This document shows, one piece after another, positions 42,875 to 54,596 of a DNA stretch of 64,000 bases (position 1 is its first letter; each line of letters opens with the position of its first letter). The position numbers were made by a program, and so were the translations under genes. A model generated the notes under the pieces. It saw only the letters and a list, made by a program, of their open reading frames with translations. It did no database searches and was not told where the DNA came from. Origin of the DNA: Alphaproteobacteria bacterium (GTDB lineage: Bacteria > Pseudomonadota > Alphaproteobacteria > UBA828); assembly GCA_963422645.2 (NCBI GenBank), contig CAXXVO010000005.1:224001-288000 (forward strand). Direction: 5' to 3'.

Positions 42875-43454
42875 TATTGTGACCCCTTTCCGCGCCTTCT
42901 TCTCCAATTCTCGAAGCTCGCGCTCCAAGTTGCCGAGTTCTTGTTCGACCGCTCGCGCAATCTCGTCGGCGAGGAACTTCAGAACCATCCTGCTCTGCAG
43001 GGCATTCATTCTGGAATGCTCCGCCTCGTATTCCTCTAAAACCTCATCGACACGAAAGGAGCGCCGTGCGTCGAAATAGCGATGCATTCTGTCTGTATAT
43101 TCCGCGTAGCTTCCGATGCTTTCATTTTCCGGGCCTTCACATACGTGACAGAGCGCTGTGAACTTATCCGGTCCACGCCATTCGCGATAAGCTCGGGTGT
43201 TCACGAGTGCTTCCTCTATCGCCGCAAGCTTCTTTTCCAGTTGTTTGACCTTTTGCCCCAATGAGGACGCTTCGACAGCCTTGTTCGCACGCTCTACCGC
43301 GCGCCTGTAAAGCTTCCAAGGCCGTCGCTTCGGCCTCCAGTTCCCGCTCGACAGCCTCGACATCAGCGGCGTCATCGGCGAGAGACTGGACCGCAGGGAG
43401 TGCCAAGGCGAAGGCGAGAGTTGCAACAGCCAACGCGAGATAAATCTTGCCCAT
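42875..43454 (-). pseudogene. Secreted coiled-coil hypothetical protein, frameshifted (~43300) and cut by element B
   Basis: Signal peptide MGKIYLALAVATLAFALALPAVQSLA; helical sequence continues in a second frame and runs into the TIR. Confidence 0.5.
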
Positions 43455-43704
43455 CGGTCTCGCCTTCTCCAGGATGGTGGCGCTCAGAGCGAGGCGTGGC
43501 CAGTGGGAACGTTCGGGATTCCGCCATCCGAGACAGGATGCGCTAACCATCCAGCCCGATGCGGAGTGCGTCGTTCCGCTACCGGCCACGCCTCAGTTAT
43601 AGATGGTAGAATGGGCGCTGTCACTTAGGCAAGCGGATAATCCCCCATCGCACCCACGTCTGCTCGGTCGATGCACTCCGCGCACTCTCCCTTCCGTCAG
43701 CACC

Positions 43705-46307
43705 TCAGAACCGCATGTTGAGGGTTACGAAGAAGGTGCGTCCCCAGCCGGCCGCGCGCGGCCCGTCGGTCACGGAGGGGTTCGCGGTGTTCGTGGAGAG
43801 CTTCGTGTCGGTGACGTTGTACAGGCCTGCGGTTATCCGCGTGCTTTCGAGCCCTACTGGCTCTCTCCAGTCGAGGGTCAGGTCGTGGCCGGTCCAGGAC
43901 TTGAACCGTCCGTCGCCCCACCGGCTCTCGATCTCATCGCGGTAGTTCACGGCCCAGAAAGCGGTGAGGTCGCCGCGCCCGACCGAGGTCACGATGCGCA
44001 CGGCGTTGCGCGGGAGCGGGTACGGCCGTTCCTCGCCTGCGATGTGCTCCTCGCTGCTGGTGACGTAGCGCCAGAACCCACGCATTGCGACGAAGCCCCA
44101 GCCGGTCTCCGCGCGGGCTCCGAACCTGGTGTTAACTCCCGAGATCTCGGTCTTGACGATGTTCGCGAAGCTATCGTGGATGGTGATGTCTCCGGCCGCG
44201 CGCGCGATGCAGCTGCCGCCGCCGCCCGGCGGACACTCGGGGTGGTTGAGTATCGCCCAGGTGGCATCGTGCTGCCCCGGCAGCTCCGAGGTCGTGAGCC
44301 AGTACCAGTCGGCGACGAGGTAGAATGGCCCCCTGCGGACCTCGGCGCCGATGGAGCGCCTCCCCGATCCCGACGGCTCGAGTTCGGGGTTGCCGCTCGT
44401 AAGACGGGTCACCTGCCGGTAGTTCGCCGTGTCGCACGTGCGAGGCGGCGGTCCACTCTCCGGGACGCAACGGACATAGGGGTGGTCCTGCGATGCGGTG
44501 CTGTGCAGATGGTGCATCGAGGGCGCTTTATCGCCCGTGCTCAACGAGCCGCGCAGCGTCACGATGTCCATCGGGCGGTACTCGGCCCCGAGGCGCCACG
44601 CGCGCAGCCCGCCGACGTCGTCGTACTCGTCGGCCCGTGCTGCGGCTCTCACATCCACGCGGTCGGCGAGGGGCAGGGACGCCTCGGCGAAGGCTCCAGC
44701 CGCATTGCGCTCGCCGGCGTAGCTGGTGCCGCCCGACCCGAGCACGCCATTTACGTCGAGGGTCCGGCCGTCTCTCGCCCGGAACGCCAGCCGGCTGTGG
44801 GCCTCCACGTCGGCGAGTTCGACCCCCGCAGTCCATGCCGAGTCGCGCCCGCCGATGCCCGGCCCGGCGCCCTCGAGCGCGAGACGCGCGCCCAGATATC
44901 GCGAACCGAGGTCCTCCTCCTCGCGTAGGCTGCTCCTCTTGATCGCTTCGAGGTGGTCCGATTCCACCGACAGCGGATCGGTCAGGTCGTACCTTCCGGC
45001 CTCGATCTCTTGCCCGATGATTTCGCGGCGTCCACGAAGGTATCGCCTCTCACCGCGCCGTCGAACCTGAAGGCGCTGACGAGGGCGTCGTAGCCAAGGC
45101 CTTCGCTGAACCGGCCCTTGACGCTTGCCGAGACGTCGTACTCCTCGGTGCTCGTCCTCCAATCCCGGTTGCCATGTCCGATGAAACGGTGCCCGACCGC
45201 GAAGACATCCTCTCCCGTCGCCTCGAACACCGGGTCGGCGTTGCGCGCCGATGCGTTGATTGCGTTGAGCAGGCTCTCGCTCGGGGAGGCGGAGAAGACA
45301 TCGACCGACGGTGCGTAGCGGAAGGCCGAGCTTCCGTCCGTGACGTTTGCGTCCACGTGGAGCTCGGTGTGCTCTCCGAGCGGGTGGTCGAGGCTCAGGA
45401 TTGCGTTTCTCTGGTCGTAGCTCGCGCTGTCCCACCAGAAGTCGCCGTAGGCGAACCCGCAGCCCTTGTCGCCCGAGTCGATCCCCGGCGGGTTGCTGAG
45501 CGGGCCGGTGTAGCCGTGCGCCGGGTCGCATGTGCCGAGCGGCACCGTCCTCAGCGCGCCTTCACTTCTATCGAAGACGTAGACCGTGTTGCCGCCGACG
45601 CTCACGTTTTTCGCCTCGGCGAAGCTCCCGCCCTCCGTCCAATCCGAGCGGCTGTGCTCGCGGGTGCTGCCCGTGATCTCCTGGCGGTCGAGGATGTCGA
45701 CGCCGATGGTCATGTGTCCGCCATCGCCGATCGCGCCGCCCCATACGACGCTGCCCTGACGCGCGTCGCCGCCGTCTTGGCTCGGCATCCTGGCGACCGA
45801 GCGCACGTCGAAGCCGTCCAGATCCTTTCTCAGCACGAGGTTGAATGCGCCACGTACCGCGGCGTGGCCGCCGATCGTCCCCAGGCTCTCGCCTCTCAGC
45901 ACCTCGATGCGCTCGACCGCCGAGAGCGGGAGGGAGTCCAGATTGTGCGCGGTCGTCGCGTAGGGCCGACCGTTCAACATGATGAGCAGGTCGCGCCCTC
46001 CGGTGAAGAAGTAGCGGATGATGCCCGTGTCGAGCATCTCGCCGAACGTCTGGGCGCCGGAGCGCTCAATGAAGCTGCGGTCGTACTCGGCGATGATCTG
46101 CGGGGCCGGCGCGAGGGAGCCGGCTTCGGCTGCGCTCACTCCCAGCAGGGCCAAAACGGCAAGCGATGCCAAAAGGGCCTTCATCGGATATTTCGTTGGG
46201 GTTCGCCTGCCACGATCCGCCGCTTCCGTGCGTCGCTCGACCTGCACGATCCCCCGCGATCGGAACAGACGGCCTAAGGCGGATGGGTACAGATGTGTCG
46301 CGTTCAT
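43705..46307 (-). CDS. TonB-dependent receptor (frameshift near 45025)
   Basis: Plug motif LDSLPLSAVERIEVLRG, GNPELEP, barrel strands and C-terminal GRTFFVTLNMRF. Split across two frames; start at 46307 or 46184. Confidence 0.8.
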
Positions 46308-46435
46308 ACGGGTGCCCTCCCCTCACCCTATGCCGCCGAATCGAACTCGCGGCGTCCGGACGATGGCGCGAGCATAATCGCAACGCTCCCCTGATCGAAG
46401 AGTGACTTTCTTATAGCGGCAATAACATAATCGAA

Positions 46436-47461
46436 GGCTCAATTCGCAAAGCGTAGGCGCGGTCTGGCCATCGCCGCCTCGAGGCACGCTCTGGGCGATG
46501 GCTGATCGCCGAGTTCGATGAGATGGAACCACCTCAGATAGCTGTCCAGGTACTTGGTGGCGATGCCGCGGAAGCCGCGCAGGAAGCCCTTGATCTGGCT
46601 GTGGCGGCTATTGACCGTCTGGATGTGCAGCGCGCCCCGGACCCGCTCGCCAGCAGAAGCGTTGATGCTCTCGTGAGGTATGTCGAGCGCCGCCGCGACG
46701 GGCGGATAGCAGCGCTTGGCGTCGGAGACGAGCAGCGCATCCGCTGCGACCGGCTCCAGCACCTCCTTCACGCTCTTTGCGTTGAGGGCGGGCAGGCTAT
46801 GGCTGAGGGTCTCGCCCGCACGGTCGGCGGCGACCAGGATCGGCACCTGCTCGCGCGAGAGGCCGCGTTTGCGGGCCTTGCCGCCGCGACGGCGCGGCTT
46901 GCGATCCAGCTTCCGCTCCCCCTTGCGGCTCTCGAGAACGAAGGTCTCGTCGGCCTCGACAATCCCGGCAAGCCGGTCCGGCGCTTGCCGAACCGCCGCC
47001 AGGAAGCGGTGGCGCCAGCGATGCGCCGTGCTCGGCGCAATCCCGCAGCGCTCGGCGGACTCCTTGATCGTCTCGCCCTCGGCAAGCGAGGCGCCGAAGG
47101 CCAGCCAGCGCTCCTTGTGGTGCAGCCCTGACAGCGCCGTGCCCGTGAGTGCACCGAAGGTCTTCCCGCAGTCCTTGCACCGGAAGCGGCGAAGACCTCG
47201 CGCCTTGCCCCGCGACACCGCCCCGCCTGCGCCGCAATGCGGACAGCGCCGCTCGTCATCCACGCCCAGCTCGATCGCCGCCAGCGAGGCCGCGCCCTCC
47301 GGAGGCTCCGACAGCACCGCCCCGACCTCCTTGCGCTGCGCCGCCGTCAACTCATCGACACGCGAGAACCACTCCCGAAACCGCTCGTGATCCATCTGCC
47401 TGACCTCCAAGGCGAACCGGGAAAGATTCTATCACAATGCATACGATTCACGAATTGAGCC
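46436..47461 (-). mobile_element. IS1595-family insertion sequence
   Basis: TIRs begin GGCTCAATTCG. 8-bp TSD TAATCGAA at 46428-46435 and 47462-47469. Confidence 0.93.
46439..47395 (-). CDS. IS1595 transposase
   Basis: Zinc ribbon CPHC..CKDC, HTH, IVEADETF, LVSD, HIQTVNSRH and RGIATKYLDSYLRW. Confidence 0.92.
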   Translation of the reverse strand: MDHERFREWFSRVDELTAAQRKEVGAVLSEPPEGAASLAAIELGVDDERRCPHCGAGGAVSRGKARGLRRFRCKDCGKTFGALTGTALSGLHHKERWLAFGASLAEGETIKESAERCGIAPSTAHRWRHRFLAAVRQAPDRLAGIVEADETFVLESRKGERKLDRKPRRRGGKARKRGLSREQVPILVAADRAGETLSHSLPALNAKSVKEVLEPVAADALLVSDAKRCYPPVAAALDIPHESINASAGERVRGALHIQTVNSRHSQIKGFLRGFRGIATKYLDSYLRWFHLIELGDQPSPRACLEAAMARPRLRFAN

Positions 47462-47510
47462 TAATCGAATGGTTGCGAGGGCCGACGGCCTCGTCGCGGA
47501 GGGGCGGTAC

Positions 47511-48368
47511 TTAGCGACCGTAGTTGAAGTCTGTCTCTTCGCTGTCCTCGTACTCGGCGAGCATTTCATCCATCTCCGCGTACATCGCCTCTTCTTCTTC
47601 CTGCTTCTTGCGGCGCTTCTTCTCGACGAAGCCGACAGAGATGATCGAGATCTCATAGAGCGCGATCAGCGGGATGCCGAGACCGATCTGGCTGAACAGA
47701 TCGGGCGGGGTGAGGATCGCCGCCGCAATGAACACGATGACGATGGCGTACTTCCGCTTGCGCCTGAGCCCGGCAGAGGTGGCGAGGCCGGCGCGGCCCA
47801 TCAGCGTCAGCATCACCGGAAGCTGGAAGGCAATGCCGAAGGCGAAGATCAGCTTCATCACCAGCGAGAGGTACTCGCCAATTCTTGGCAGCAGCTCGAG
47901 ACCGAGGCGGTCGTCGGTACTTCCTTCCTGGAAGGAAATGAAGAAGTTGAAGGCCTGCGGAAAGATGAAGTAGTAGACCAGCCCGCCGCCCGAGAAGAAC
48001 AGGATCGGCGTGATGAAGAGGAAGGGCAGGACAGCCTTCTTCTCGTTCCTGTAGAGTCCCGGCGCCACGAACATCCAGAACTGCATGGCGATCAGCGGGA
48101 AGGAGACGAAGAAGGCGCCCCAGAAAGCGATCTTCAGCTCGGTGAAGAACGCCTCCAGCAGGTGGGTGTAGATCAAGTTGGTATCGTACCCTCCCTCGGC
48201 GAGCACGTCGCGCAAGGGCTCGACCAGAAAGGCAAAAATTTCCGGGGCCACGTACCAGCAGCCGAGAAAGGCGATGACGAGCCCGATGGCCGCGAAGGCG
48301 AGACGACGCCTGAGCTCGATCAGATGTTCGATCAGCGGCGCGCGCGATTGTTCGATCTGGTCAACCAC
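47511..48368 (-). CDS. tatC: Twin-arginine translocase TatC
   Basis: PLIEHLIELRRRL, FVAPGLY..EK, AFQLP and ILTPPD. Confidence 0.97.
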   Translation of the reverse strand: MVDQIEQSRAPLIEHLIELRRRLAFAAIGLVIAFLGCWYVAPEIFAFLVEPLRDVLAEGGYDTNLIYTHLLEAFFTELKIAFWGAFFVSFPLIAMQFWMFVAPGLYRNEKKAVLPFLFITPILFFSGGGLVYYFIFPQAFNFFISFQEGSTDDRLGLELLPRIGEYLSLVMKLIFAFGIAFQLPVMLTLMGRAGLATSAGLRRKRKYAIVIVFIAAAILTPPDLFSQIGLGIPLIALYEISIISVGFVEKKRRKKQEEEEAMYAEMDEMLAEYEDSEETDFNYGR

Positions 48369-48505
48369 GGGCTAAGCTCTCGCCGGGGCAGCGCCCCGCA
48401 TCGTCCTGAAAAGATTGCACCGCACGCGCGCCCCCGGGTCGGGCCTGCGCGGCGCTGACACGCCAAGCGTGAGCCGCTTCGACATCCAACTAATCTACCC
48501 TGCGC

Positions 48506-49033
48506 CTAGGCGCTCGCGCCACGCGGGGGTGGGTCGTCTGTGCCGCTGCCTTGAGCCTCCCCAGCCGCCGTCGGTGCCGCCTGTGCCGTTGCGGGCTCGC
48601 TCTCGGCCGCTGATGCGGCAGCGGTCTCGGCCTGGCCGCCGTCGGTTTCGGCCGGCTGGCTGGCCGGCGGCTCCCCACCGTTGGGCTTGGCCGCCGCGGT
48701 CTTGGCCGACGCCATGGCGTCCTCGCTGAACATTTTGTTCACCGAATCCGTGCCCTCGGCGACATCCTTCTTGATCGCGTCCGCACCTTCAGCCACATCG
48801 CGCTGGGCGGTGGAGAGCTCGCGGTTGGCCTCATCGATTTCCTTCTTGACCGCATCGATCTCGGTCGCGTCCGCGGCCTCCTCGATGGTCCTCTGGAAGT
48901 CGCGAGCGTAGCCGCGCGCCTTGCCCATCCACTGCCCTGCGGTCTTGACGATGCGAGGCAGATCCTTCGGCCCGACGACGATCAGGGCGATCAGCATCAG
49001 GATGATGAGCTCTTGCCAACCGATGTCGAACAT
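48506..49033 (-). CDS. tatB: Twin-arginine translocase TatB
   Basis: MFDIGWQEL...VVGPKDLP. Confidence 0.95.
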   Translation of the reverse strand: MFDIGWQELIILMLIALIVVGPKDLPRIVKTAGQWMGKARGYARDFQRTIEEAADATEIDAVKKEIDEANRELSTAQRDVAEGADAIKKDVAEGTDSVNKMFSEDAMASAKTAAAKPNGGEPPASQPAETDGGQAETAAASAAESEPATAQAAPTAAGEAQGSGTDDPPPRGASA

Positions 49034-49097
49034 TGTTTCCCCCGCTGCAGTAGCGGGTGATCTCCCTATTTCTGTTCAGCCGCTCGGCGTCTAGCGT

Positions 49098-49364
49098 CTA
49101 GGTCTTGGCGGCTTCGTCCTTCTTGACGGCGCTGGCTTCGATGGTTGCGGCATCGCCCTCGATCACCTTGGGCTCCTGCGGAGCCTCAGCGGTCGCGGTC
49201 GCGGTCTGTGCCGGCGGCGGAGGCGCCTCGCCTTCCCGCATACCGCTCTTGAAGCTCTTGATGCCCTTGGCGAAGTCGCCCATCAGGCGCGGCAGCTTGC
49301 CGGCGCCGAACAACACCACGACCACCAGGACGATCAGAAGGATTTGCCAAATCGAGATACCCAT
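49098..49364 (-). CDS. tatA: Twin-arginine translocase TatA
   Basis: SIWQILLI...LFGAGKLP...KGIKSFK. Confidence 0.95.
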   Translation of the reverse strand: MGISIWQILLIVLVVVVLFGAGKLPRLMGDFAKGIKSFKSGMREGEAPPPPAQTATATAEAPQEPKVIEGDAATIEASAVKKDEAAKT

Positions 49365-49458
49365 GACACGGCTCCAGTTTCACCACGGCTGCGGCGGCAC
49401 GACGCCCGGTCGCGGGCGCTTCATCCGCCGTACGTTATCGGTCCCGCAGCCTTGTCGC

Positions 49459-50559
49459 CTACAGGTCCCGTGTCGCAGGGAACACAAAAGTTCGGCGTGG
49501 GTCAAGCCGAATGCGGACAACGTCGTCGACGCCAGGTGCGCAGTCGTCGGCGACGTTGAGCGTCAGCGGCTCCGCGTGGCCGTCGATCGCGAGCTTCAAT
49601 TGGCTGGTCGAGCCCATCGGCCGGCTGTCCAGAACCCGGGCAGACGGCAGCCCGTCGGCGTCGTCCGCCGCGCCCTTCAGCAGCGCCACGGCCTCGGGCC
49701 TGACGTAGACACGCACCTTGCAGCCCTCGCCGCAGCCGGTGGGTGCGCGCCCGATGGGCGTCTCCACCGCGCGGTCTCTGACCCGGCCGTCGAAGGCCGG
49801 GAGCGCGCCGAAGAAGCGCGCGACGAAGGGGCTCGCCGGCTTTCGGCAGAGCCGGTCCGGGCTCCCCACCTGGACCAGCACGCCGTCCCGCATCAAAGCG
49901 ATCTGGTCCGCCATCAGCAGCGCTTCGTCCGCATCGTGGGTGACCAGCACGATCGGCACCCCCGCCTCGCGGAGAAAGCGCAGAGTGTCGTCGCGGACCT
50001 GCTCCCGAAGGCGTTCGTCCAGGCCGGAGAAGGGCTCGTCCAGCAGCATGGCGCGGGGCGCCGGCGCGAGCGCGCGGGCAAGCGCCACGCGCTGCTGCTC
50101 CCCGCCGGAGAGCTCGTGCGGATAGGCCTTGGCGAGCGCCGCGAGCCCGAGCCGCTCCAACATCCCGAACGCCACGCGCCGGCGCTCCGCCCTTGGCGCT
50201 GCCGTCAGCCCGAAGCCCACGTTGTCGATGGCGCGCACGTGCGGGAAGAGCGCGTAGTCCTGGAACATCAGGCCGATGCGGCGCTTCTCCGGCGCGACGA
50301 AGCGGTGCGGGCCGGCGACTTCCTCGCCATCGATCAGAACGCGGCCTGCGTGCGGGCGCTCAAGGCCGGCGGCGATCCTGAGCAGGGTGGTCTTGCCGCA
50401 TCCTGACGGGCCCAGCAGGCACATGATCTCGCCGGGTCCGACCACCAGATCGACGCCCTTGACCACCGGCGCCGCGTCGTAGGCGTGGTGGATGCCTTCG
50501 AACGCCAGCCACCTCGACGCGCCGGTGCCCGGCGCACGCGCCGCCCTTTCGGCCGCCAT
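49459..50559 (-). CDS. ABC transporter ATP-binding protein (Fe3+/polyamine class)
   Basis: GPSGCGKT, FQDYALFPH, LSGGEQQR, LLDEPF and a TOBE-like C-terminus. Confidence 0.9.
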   Translation of the reverse strand: MAAERAARAPGTGASRWLAFEGIHHAYDAAPVVKGVDLVVGPGEIMCLLGPSGCGKTTLLRIAAGLERPHAGRVLIDGEEVAGPHRFVAPEKRRIGLMFQDYALFPHVRAIDNVGFGLTAAPRAERRRVAFGMLERLGLAALAKAYPHELSGGEQQRVALARALAPAPRAMLLDEPFSGLDERLREQVRDDTLRFLREAGVPIVLVTHDADEALLMADQIALMRDGVLVQVGSPDRLCRKPASPFVARFFGALPAFDGRVRDRAVETPIGRAPTGCGEGCKVRVYVRPEAVALLKGAADDADGLPSARVLDSRPMGSTSQLKLAIDGHAEPLTLNVADDCAPGVDDVVRIRLDPRRTFVFPATRDL

Positions 50560-50742
50560 CGGCTCAGCCAATCCGTGCACGATCAAGACCCTGCGAGTGC
50601 AAGTCATTGTCAGAATAGCGCGACGGCAGACCACTGTCTATCCCCCGAGCGGGCGGTATCGCCTGTCTCGGCAGCCCGGGTTGATGAGGCCCTAATCTAT
50701 GACTACGGTGCCGCCCGTCACCGCGCCATATCGGGGGAGAGC

Positions 50743-52549
50743 ATGGAGCTTCGACGGGAAGCCTTGATCGACGTGGCGATGGGCTACAAGCCCGCCGACA
50801 CGGTCATCACGGGCGGCCGTGTGGTCAATGTCCACACCGGCACCATCAAGGCGGAAGGCATCGCCATCAAGGGCGAGCGCATCGCGGCCGTCGGCGACGT
50901 CACGTACGCCGTCGGCGACGACACCGAGGTCATCGATGCCGAGGGCCGTTTCCTGGTGCCGGGGCTGATCGACCCCCACTGCCATCAGTGGCACACCTAC
51001 GCCAACTCCACCGTCTTCGCGGCCTGCAGGCTACTACACGGCTCGACGACCATCGTGGACGGGGCTTCTACGGCCACGCCATCGTCAACGGTATGCGCGC
51101 TTCGCGCTTCTTCCTCGACGAGCTGCTGGCGACGCCGGTCAAGCCGCTCTTCGTCACCCCCACCATGTGCTACACCCAGAACCGCGGCATCGGCTTCCCC
51201 GCCTCGCCCAATGCGCCCAGCATCGACGACCTGCGCGACTCGCTGACCTGGCCGGAGACCAAGGGCATCGAGGAGATCAGCCCGGAGCTGATGCTCTATC
51301 AGAACCAGCGTGACCGGGCGCTGCTCAGCCTCATGGAAGAGGCGCTCGACATGGGCAAGGTGATCCAGGGCCACTCGGCGGGCATGACCGACGAGAAGAT
51401 CACCAACGCGCCTGGGTCGCCTCCGGAATCATGCACAACCACGAGATCGTCAACGCCTCGGAGACCCGCCGTCAAGCCGAGCTCGGCATCTGGATCGTGA
51501 TCCGAGAAGGTAGCGCGTGCAAGGACATAGAGGCGTGCCTTCCGGTGATTACTGAGGAAGGCTATCACGCCCGCGCCTTCCAGCTCTGCACCGACGTGAT
51601 CACGCCCGACTGGATGCTGGAGCGGGGCCAGATGGACAACGCCATCCGCGTCGCCGTGCAGAAGGGCTTGGACCCGATGACCGCGATCCAGATGTCCACC
51701 ATCCAGCCGGCGGAGTTCTATCGGGTGAACCACGACATGGGCATGATCGCGGCGGGGCGCTTCGCCGACATCGTCTTCGTCGACACCCTCGAAGGATTCG
51801 AGATCGACCGTGTCATGGCCAACGGCAAGGTATGGGTCGAAGGCGGCAAGCTCATAGCCCCGCTCAAGAACCCGGATTACCCCGACTGGCTCTACGGCAC
51901 CATGAACATCGACCGGGTGCTCAGGCCCGAGGACTTCCGCATCGAGGCGCCGGCCGGCGCCGGGGATACCGTGAAGGTCCAGTGCATCAACACGCGGGAC
52001 GGCTCGCTGGAGACTCCGGGGTCGGTCGAGACGCTCCGCGTGGTCGACGGCTGCGTCGAGGCGGATCCCGAGAAGGGCATCAACAAGATCTGCATGATCG
52101 ACCGGATCATGGGCACCGGTGAGGTGGGCGTCGCCTTCGTCAAGGGTTTCGGGATCAAGGAAGGCTGCATCGGCACCACCGCCAACGTCTTCAACCAGAA
52201 CATCGTCCTGGTCGGCGCCTCGGACGAGGACATGGCGGCGGCTGCCAACGAGACCATCAAGATGGACGGCGGCTTCATCGCGCTGCGCAAGGGCAGGGTC
52301 GAAGCGTCGCTGCCGACGCCGCTGAACGGGCTTGCCTCCGACCTCCCTTTCGACGAGCTTTTCGAGCGTCAATACAAGCTTCTAGACGCTTGGCGTGACA
52401 TGGGTTGCGAACTCGAAACGCCGCAGATGAACCTCGAATTCGTCTCTCTCGTCACCATCCCCTACTACCGCATCAGCACCAAGGGCCTCGCCTACATGAC
52501 CCAGGACCGCTTCGAGCTCGCCGAGCTCTTCGTCGACGAAGCGGCCTGA
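50743..52549 (+). CDS. Adenine deaminase-like amidohydrolase, two frameshifts (~51062, ~51409)
   Basis: PGLIDPHCH, QGHSA, HNHE, IREGS, LCTD, GRFADI and an adenine-deaminase-type C-terminal domain, spread across three frames. Confidence 0.75.
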
Positions 52550-52556
52550 GGCGGCT

Positions 52557-53549
52557 GTGGCGCAGGGAGCGGAGGCGGAGCAGGGCGCAGCCCGCGAGAT
52601 CAGGCTCGGCGTGATCGGCGCCGGCCACTTCGGGCGCTACCACGCCCAAAAGTATGCAGCGCTCGACCGCGCCCGCCTGGTCGCGATCGTCGACGTCGAT
52701 ACTGACCGAGCCGCCGCCGTCGCGGGCCCGCTCGGCGCCGATGCCTTGACCGACCACCGCGCGCTGATCGGCCGGGTGGACGCGGCATCGGTCGCTGTGC
52801 CCGCCGCCGCGCACTACGCGGTGGTGAAGGATTTTCTCGATGCCGGCATTCACGTGCTGGTGGAAAAACCCTTCACCGAGACCGTCGCCACCGCCCGGGA
52901 ACTGACGGCCCTGGCCGAGGCCAAGGGGCTGGTGCTGCAGGTCGGGCTGATCGAGCGCTTCTCCGACACCTTCCGCGCCGTCGCCCCGTGCATCACCCGT
53001 CCGCTCTACATCGAATCCATCCGCGTCGGCCCCTTCTCGGAGCGTGGCACCGACGTGAGCGTGGTCTTCGACCTGATGATCCACGACATCGACATCATCC
53101 TGGCGCTGGTCGACGCGCCGGTCGCCGACATCGATGCCGTCGGTACGCCGGTGTTCTCCGGTAGCGAGGACATCGCCAACGCCCGACTCAAGTTCGCCAA
53201 CGGCTGTGTCGCCAACGTCACCGCGAGCCGGGTCAGCCTCAAGACCGAGCGCTCGCTCCGCATCTTTCAGCCCGACATGTACATCGCGGTCGACCACGGC
53301 GAGCGCAGCGTCAGGATCGCGCGCAAGAAGAACGACGGCGCGCCAGCGTCACCCGACAACGTGGCGATGGAGCAGGCGAGCTTCGAGCAAGGCGACGCGC
53401 TCATGCGCGAGGTCGAGGCGTTCGTGCACGCGGTGCGGACGGGCGGGACGCCGGAAGTGACCGGTACCGACGGCGTGCGCTCGCTCGAGGTCGCCCACCG
53501 CATCACCGCCAGCATGAGCGAGAACCGGGCGGCCGTGAAGCTCTCCTGA
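52557..53549 (+). CDS. Gfo/Idh/MocA oxidoreductase (GnnA-like)
   Basis: GAGHFG, HVLVEKP, DLMIHDID and TASRVS. Confidence 0.88.
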   Translation: MAQGAEAEQGAAREIRLGVIGAGHFGRYHAQKYAALDRARLVAIVDVDTDRAAAVAGPLGADALTDHRALIGRVDAASVAVPAAAHYAVVKDFLDAGIHVLVEKPFTETVATARELTALAEAKGLVLQVGLIERFSDTFRAVAPCITRPLYIESIRVGPFSERGTDVSVVFDLMIHDIDIILALVDAPVADIDAVGTPVFSGSEDIANARLKFANGCVANVTASRVSLKTERSLRIFQPDMYIAVDHGERSVRIARKKNDGAPASPDNVAMEQASFEQGDALMREVEAFVHAVRTGGTPEVTGTDGVRSLEVAHRITASMSENRAAVKLS

Positions 53550-53572
53550 GTCCCGGTCGCGCGTCTGGTGCG

Positions 53573-54340
53573 TTACTCCGCCGCGTCGCGGGCCAGTCCG
53601 GCTGCCGGCAGCGGCTCGTAGCCGACCACGGGCTTCGACGGCGGCTGCTCGTAGGTGATCTTGCTGTGGCTCAGCCCGGCGTCCACCAGGCTCGCGGCCG
53701 TCTTGATCGCCCACGGGATCGGATCGACCACGGGAACGTCGTAGCCCCGGGCAAGCAGCCCCTGGCGCACGGCCTCGGCGCATCCCAGCATGCCGGTGCA
53801 GCCGAAGATGATCGCATCGGCGCCGTCGTCCTCGACCGCGCGGACCGCCTCTTCGACGAGGGCTTCCTTGGTGCGTTCCAGGTCCTGCTCCAGCTCCAGC
53901 ACCGGGATCGAGACCGAACGAACCGAAGCGAGCTTCTCACGCACGCCGTAGATCTGCGCCTGATGCTCGAACTGGGCCCGCAGGCGCTTGAGCACGGTGA
54001 GGACGCTGAAGGTGTGCCCCAGCATCGAGGCCACGTGCATCGCCGCCTCGCAGGGCCCGACCACGGGGATGGAGACGCATTCGCGCCCCGGAAACATGCC
54101 GGGGTCGCCCATGCAATCGATCACCACCGCGTCGCAGCCGTCGCGCTCGGCCTCGACGATCTTGGTGATCGTGCCGGGAACGGCGACGGCCTCGTCGTAC
54201 TTGCACTCGATCGAAGCCGGCCCGGTCTCGATCTCGATGTGGCTGATCGTCAGACCCGGCCGCTCCAGAGCGCGAAACTCGGACTTGTCGCGAAATCCCC
54301 AGGTCGTGATTGGGGTCACCACCCTTACGTCCATTGCCAT
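53573..54340 (-). CDS. Hydantoin racemase / Asp-Glu racemase family
   Basis: GPASIE, IDCMGDPG and FGCTGM (two catalytic Cys). Confidence 0.88.
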   Translation of the reverse strand: MAMDVRVVTPITTWGFRDKSEFRALERPGLTISHIEIETGPASIECKYDEAVAVPGTITKIVEAERDGCDAVVIDCMGDPGMFPGRECVSIPVVGPCEAAMHVASMLGHTFSVLTVLKRLRAQFEHQAQIYGVREKLASVRSVSIPVLELEQDLERTKEALVEEAVRAVEDDGADAIIFGCTGMLGCAEAVRQGLLARGYDVPVVDPIPWAIKTAASLVDAGLSHSKITYEQPPSKPVVGYEPLPAAGLARDAAE

Positions 54341-54596
54341 CGTCGGGCCCTCCCTTTGCCGTGCTTGTGACCGGAGTACCGCCAGTGCCCGTCTCGTTCA
54401 AGGAAATACGTGGGCGCAAGCCTTCGGGCGGGGTGCGGTCCGGGCGCAAACGCATCGGTGCCGGCGAGGGCTTGGTGCGATTTGATCCGGCCTTGCCGAG
54501 TGTGTATCCATGCCGGCCGCCGTCGCCGGCAGGCGCACGACCGCCCGGCGATCACGCGGCTGCGCTCCTGAGCAACCAACCTCGACGAGTGCGACC

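Noticed and set aside
37885-51415. Isolated frameshifts in the element A transposase (~37893), the secreted protein (~43300), the TonB receptor (~45025) and the deaminase (~51062, ~51409) as programmed recoding or phase variation
   Set aside because: They are 1-2 nt indels, mostly in GC-dinucleotide or G runs, with no slippery heptamer and otherwise intact ORFs. Sequencing or consensus error is at least as likely; read inspection is needed.
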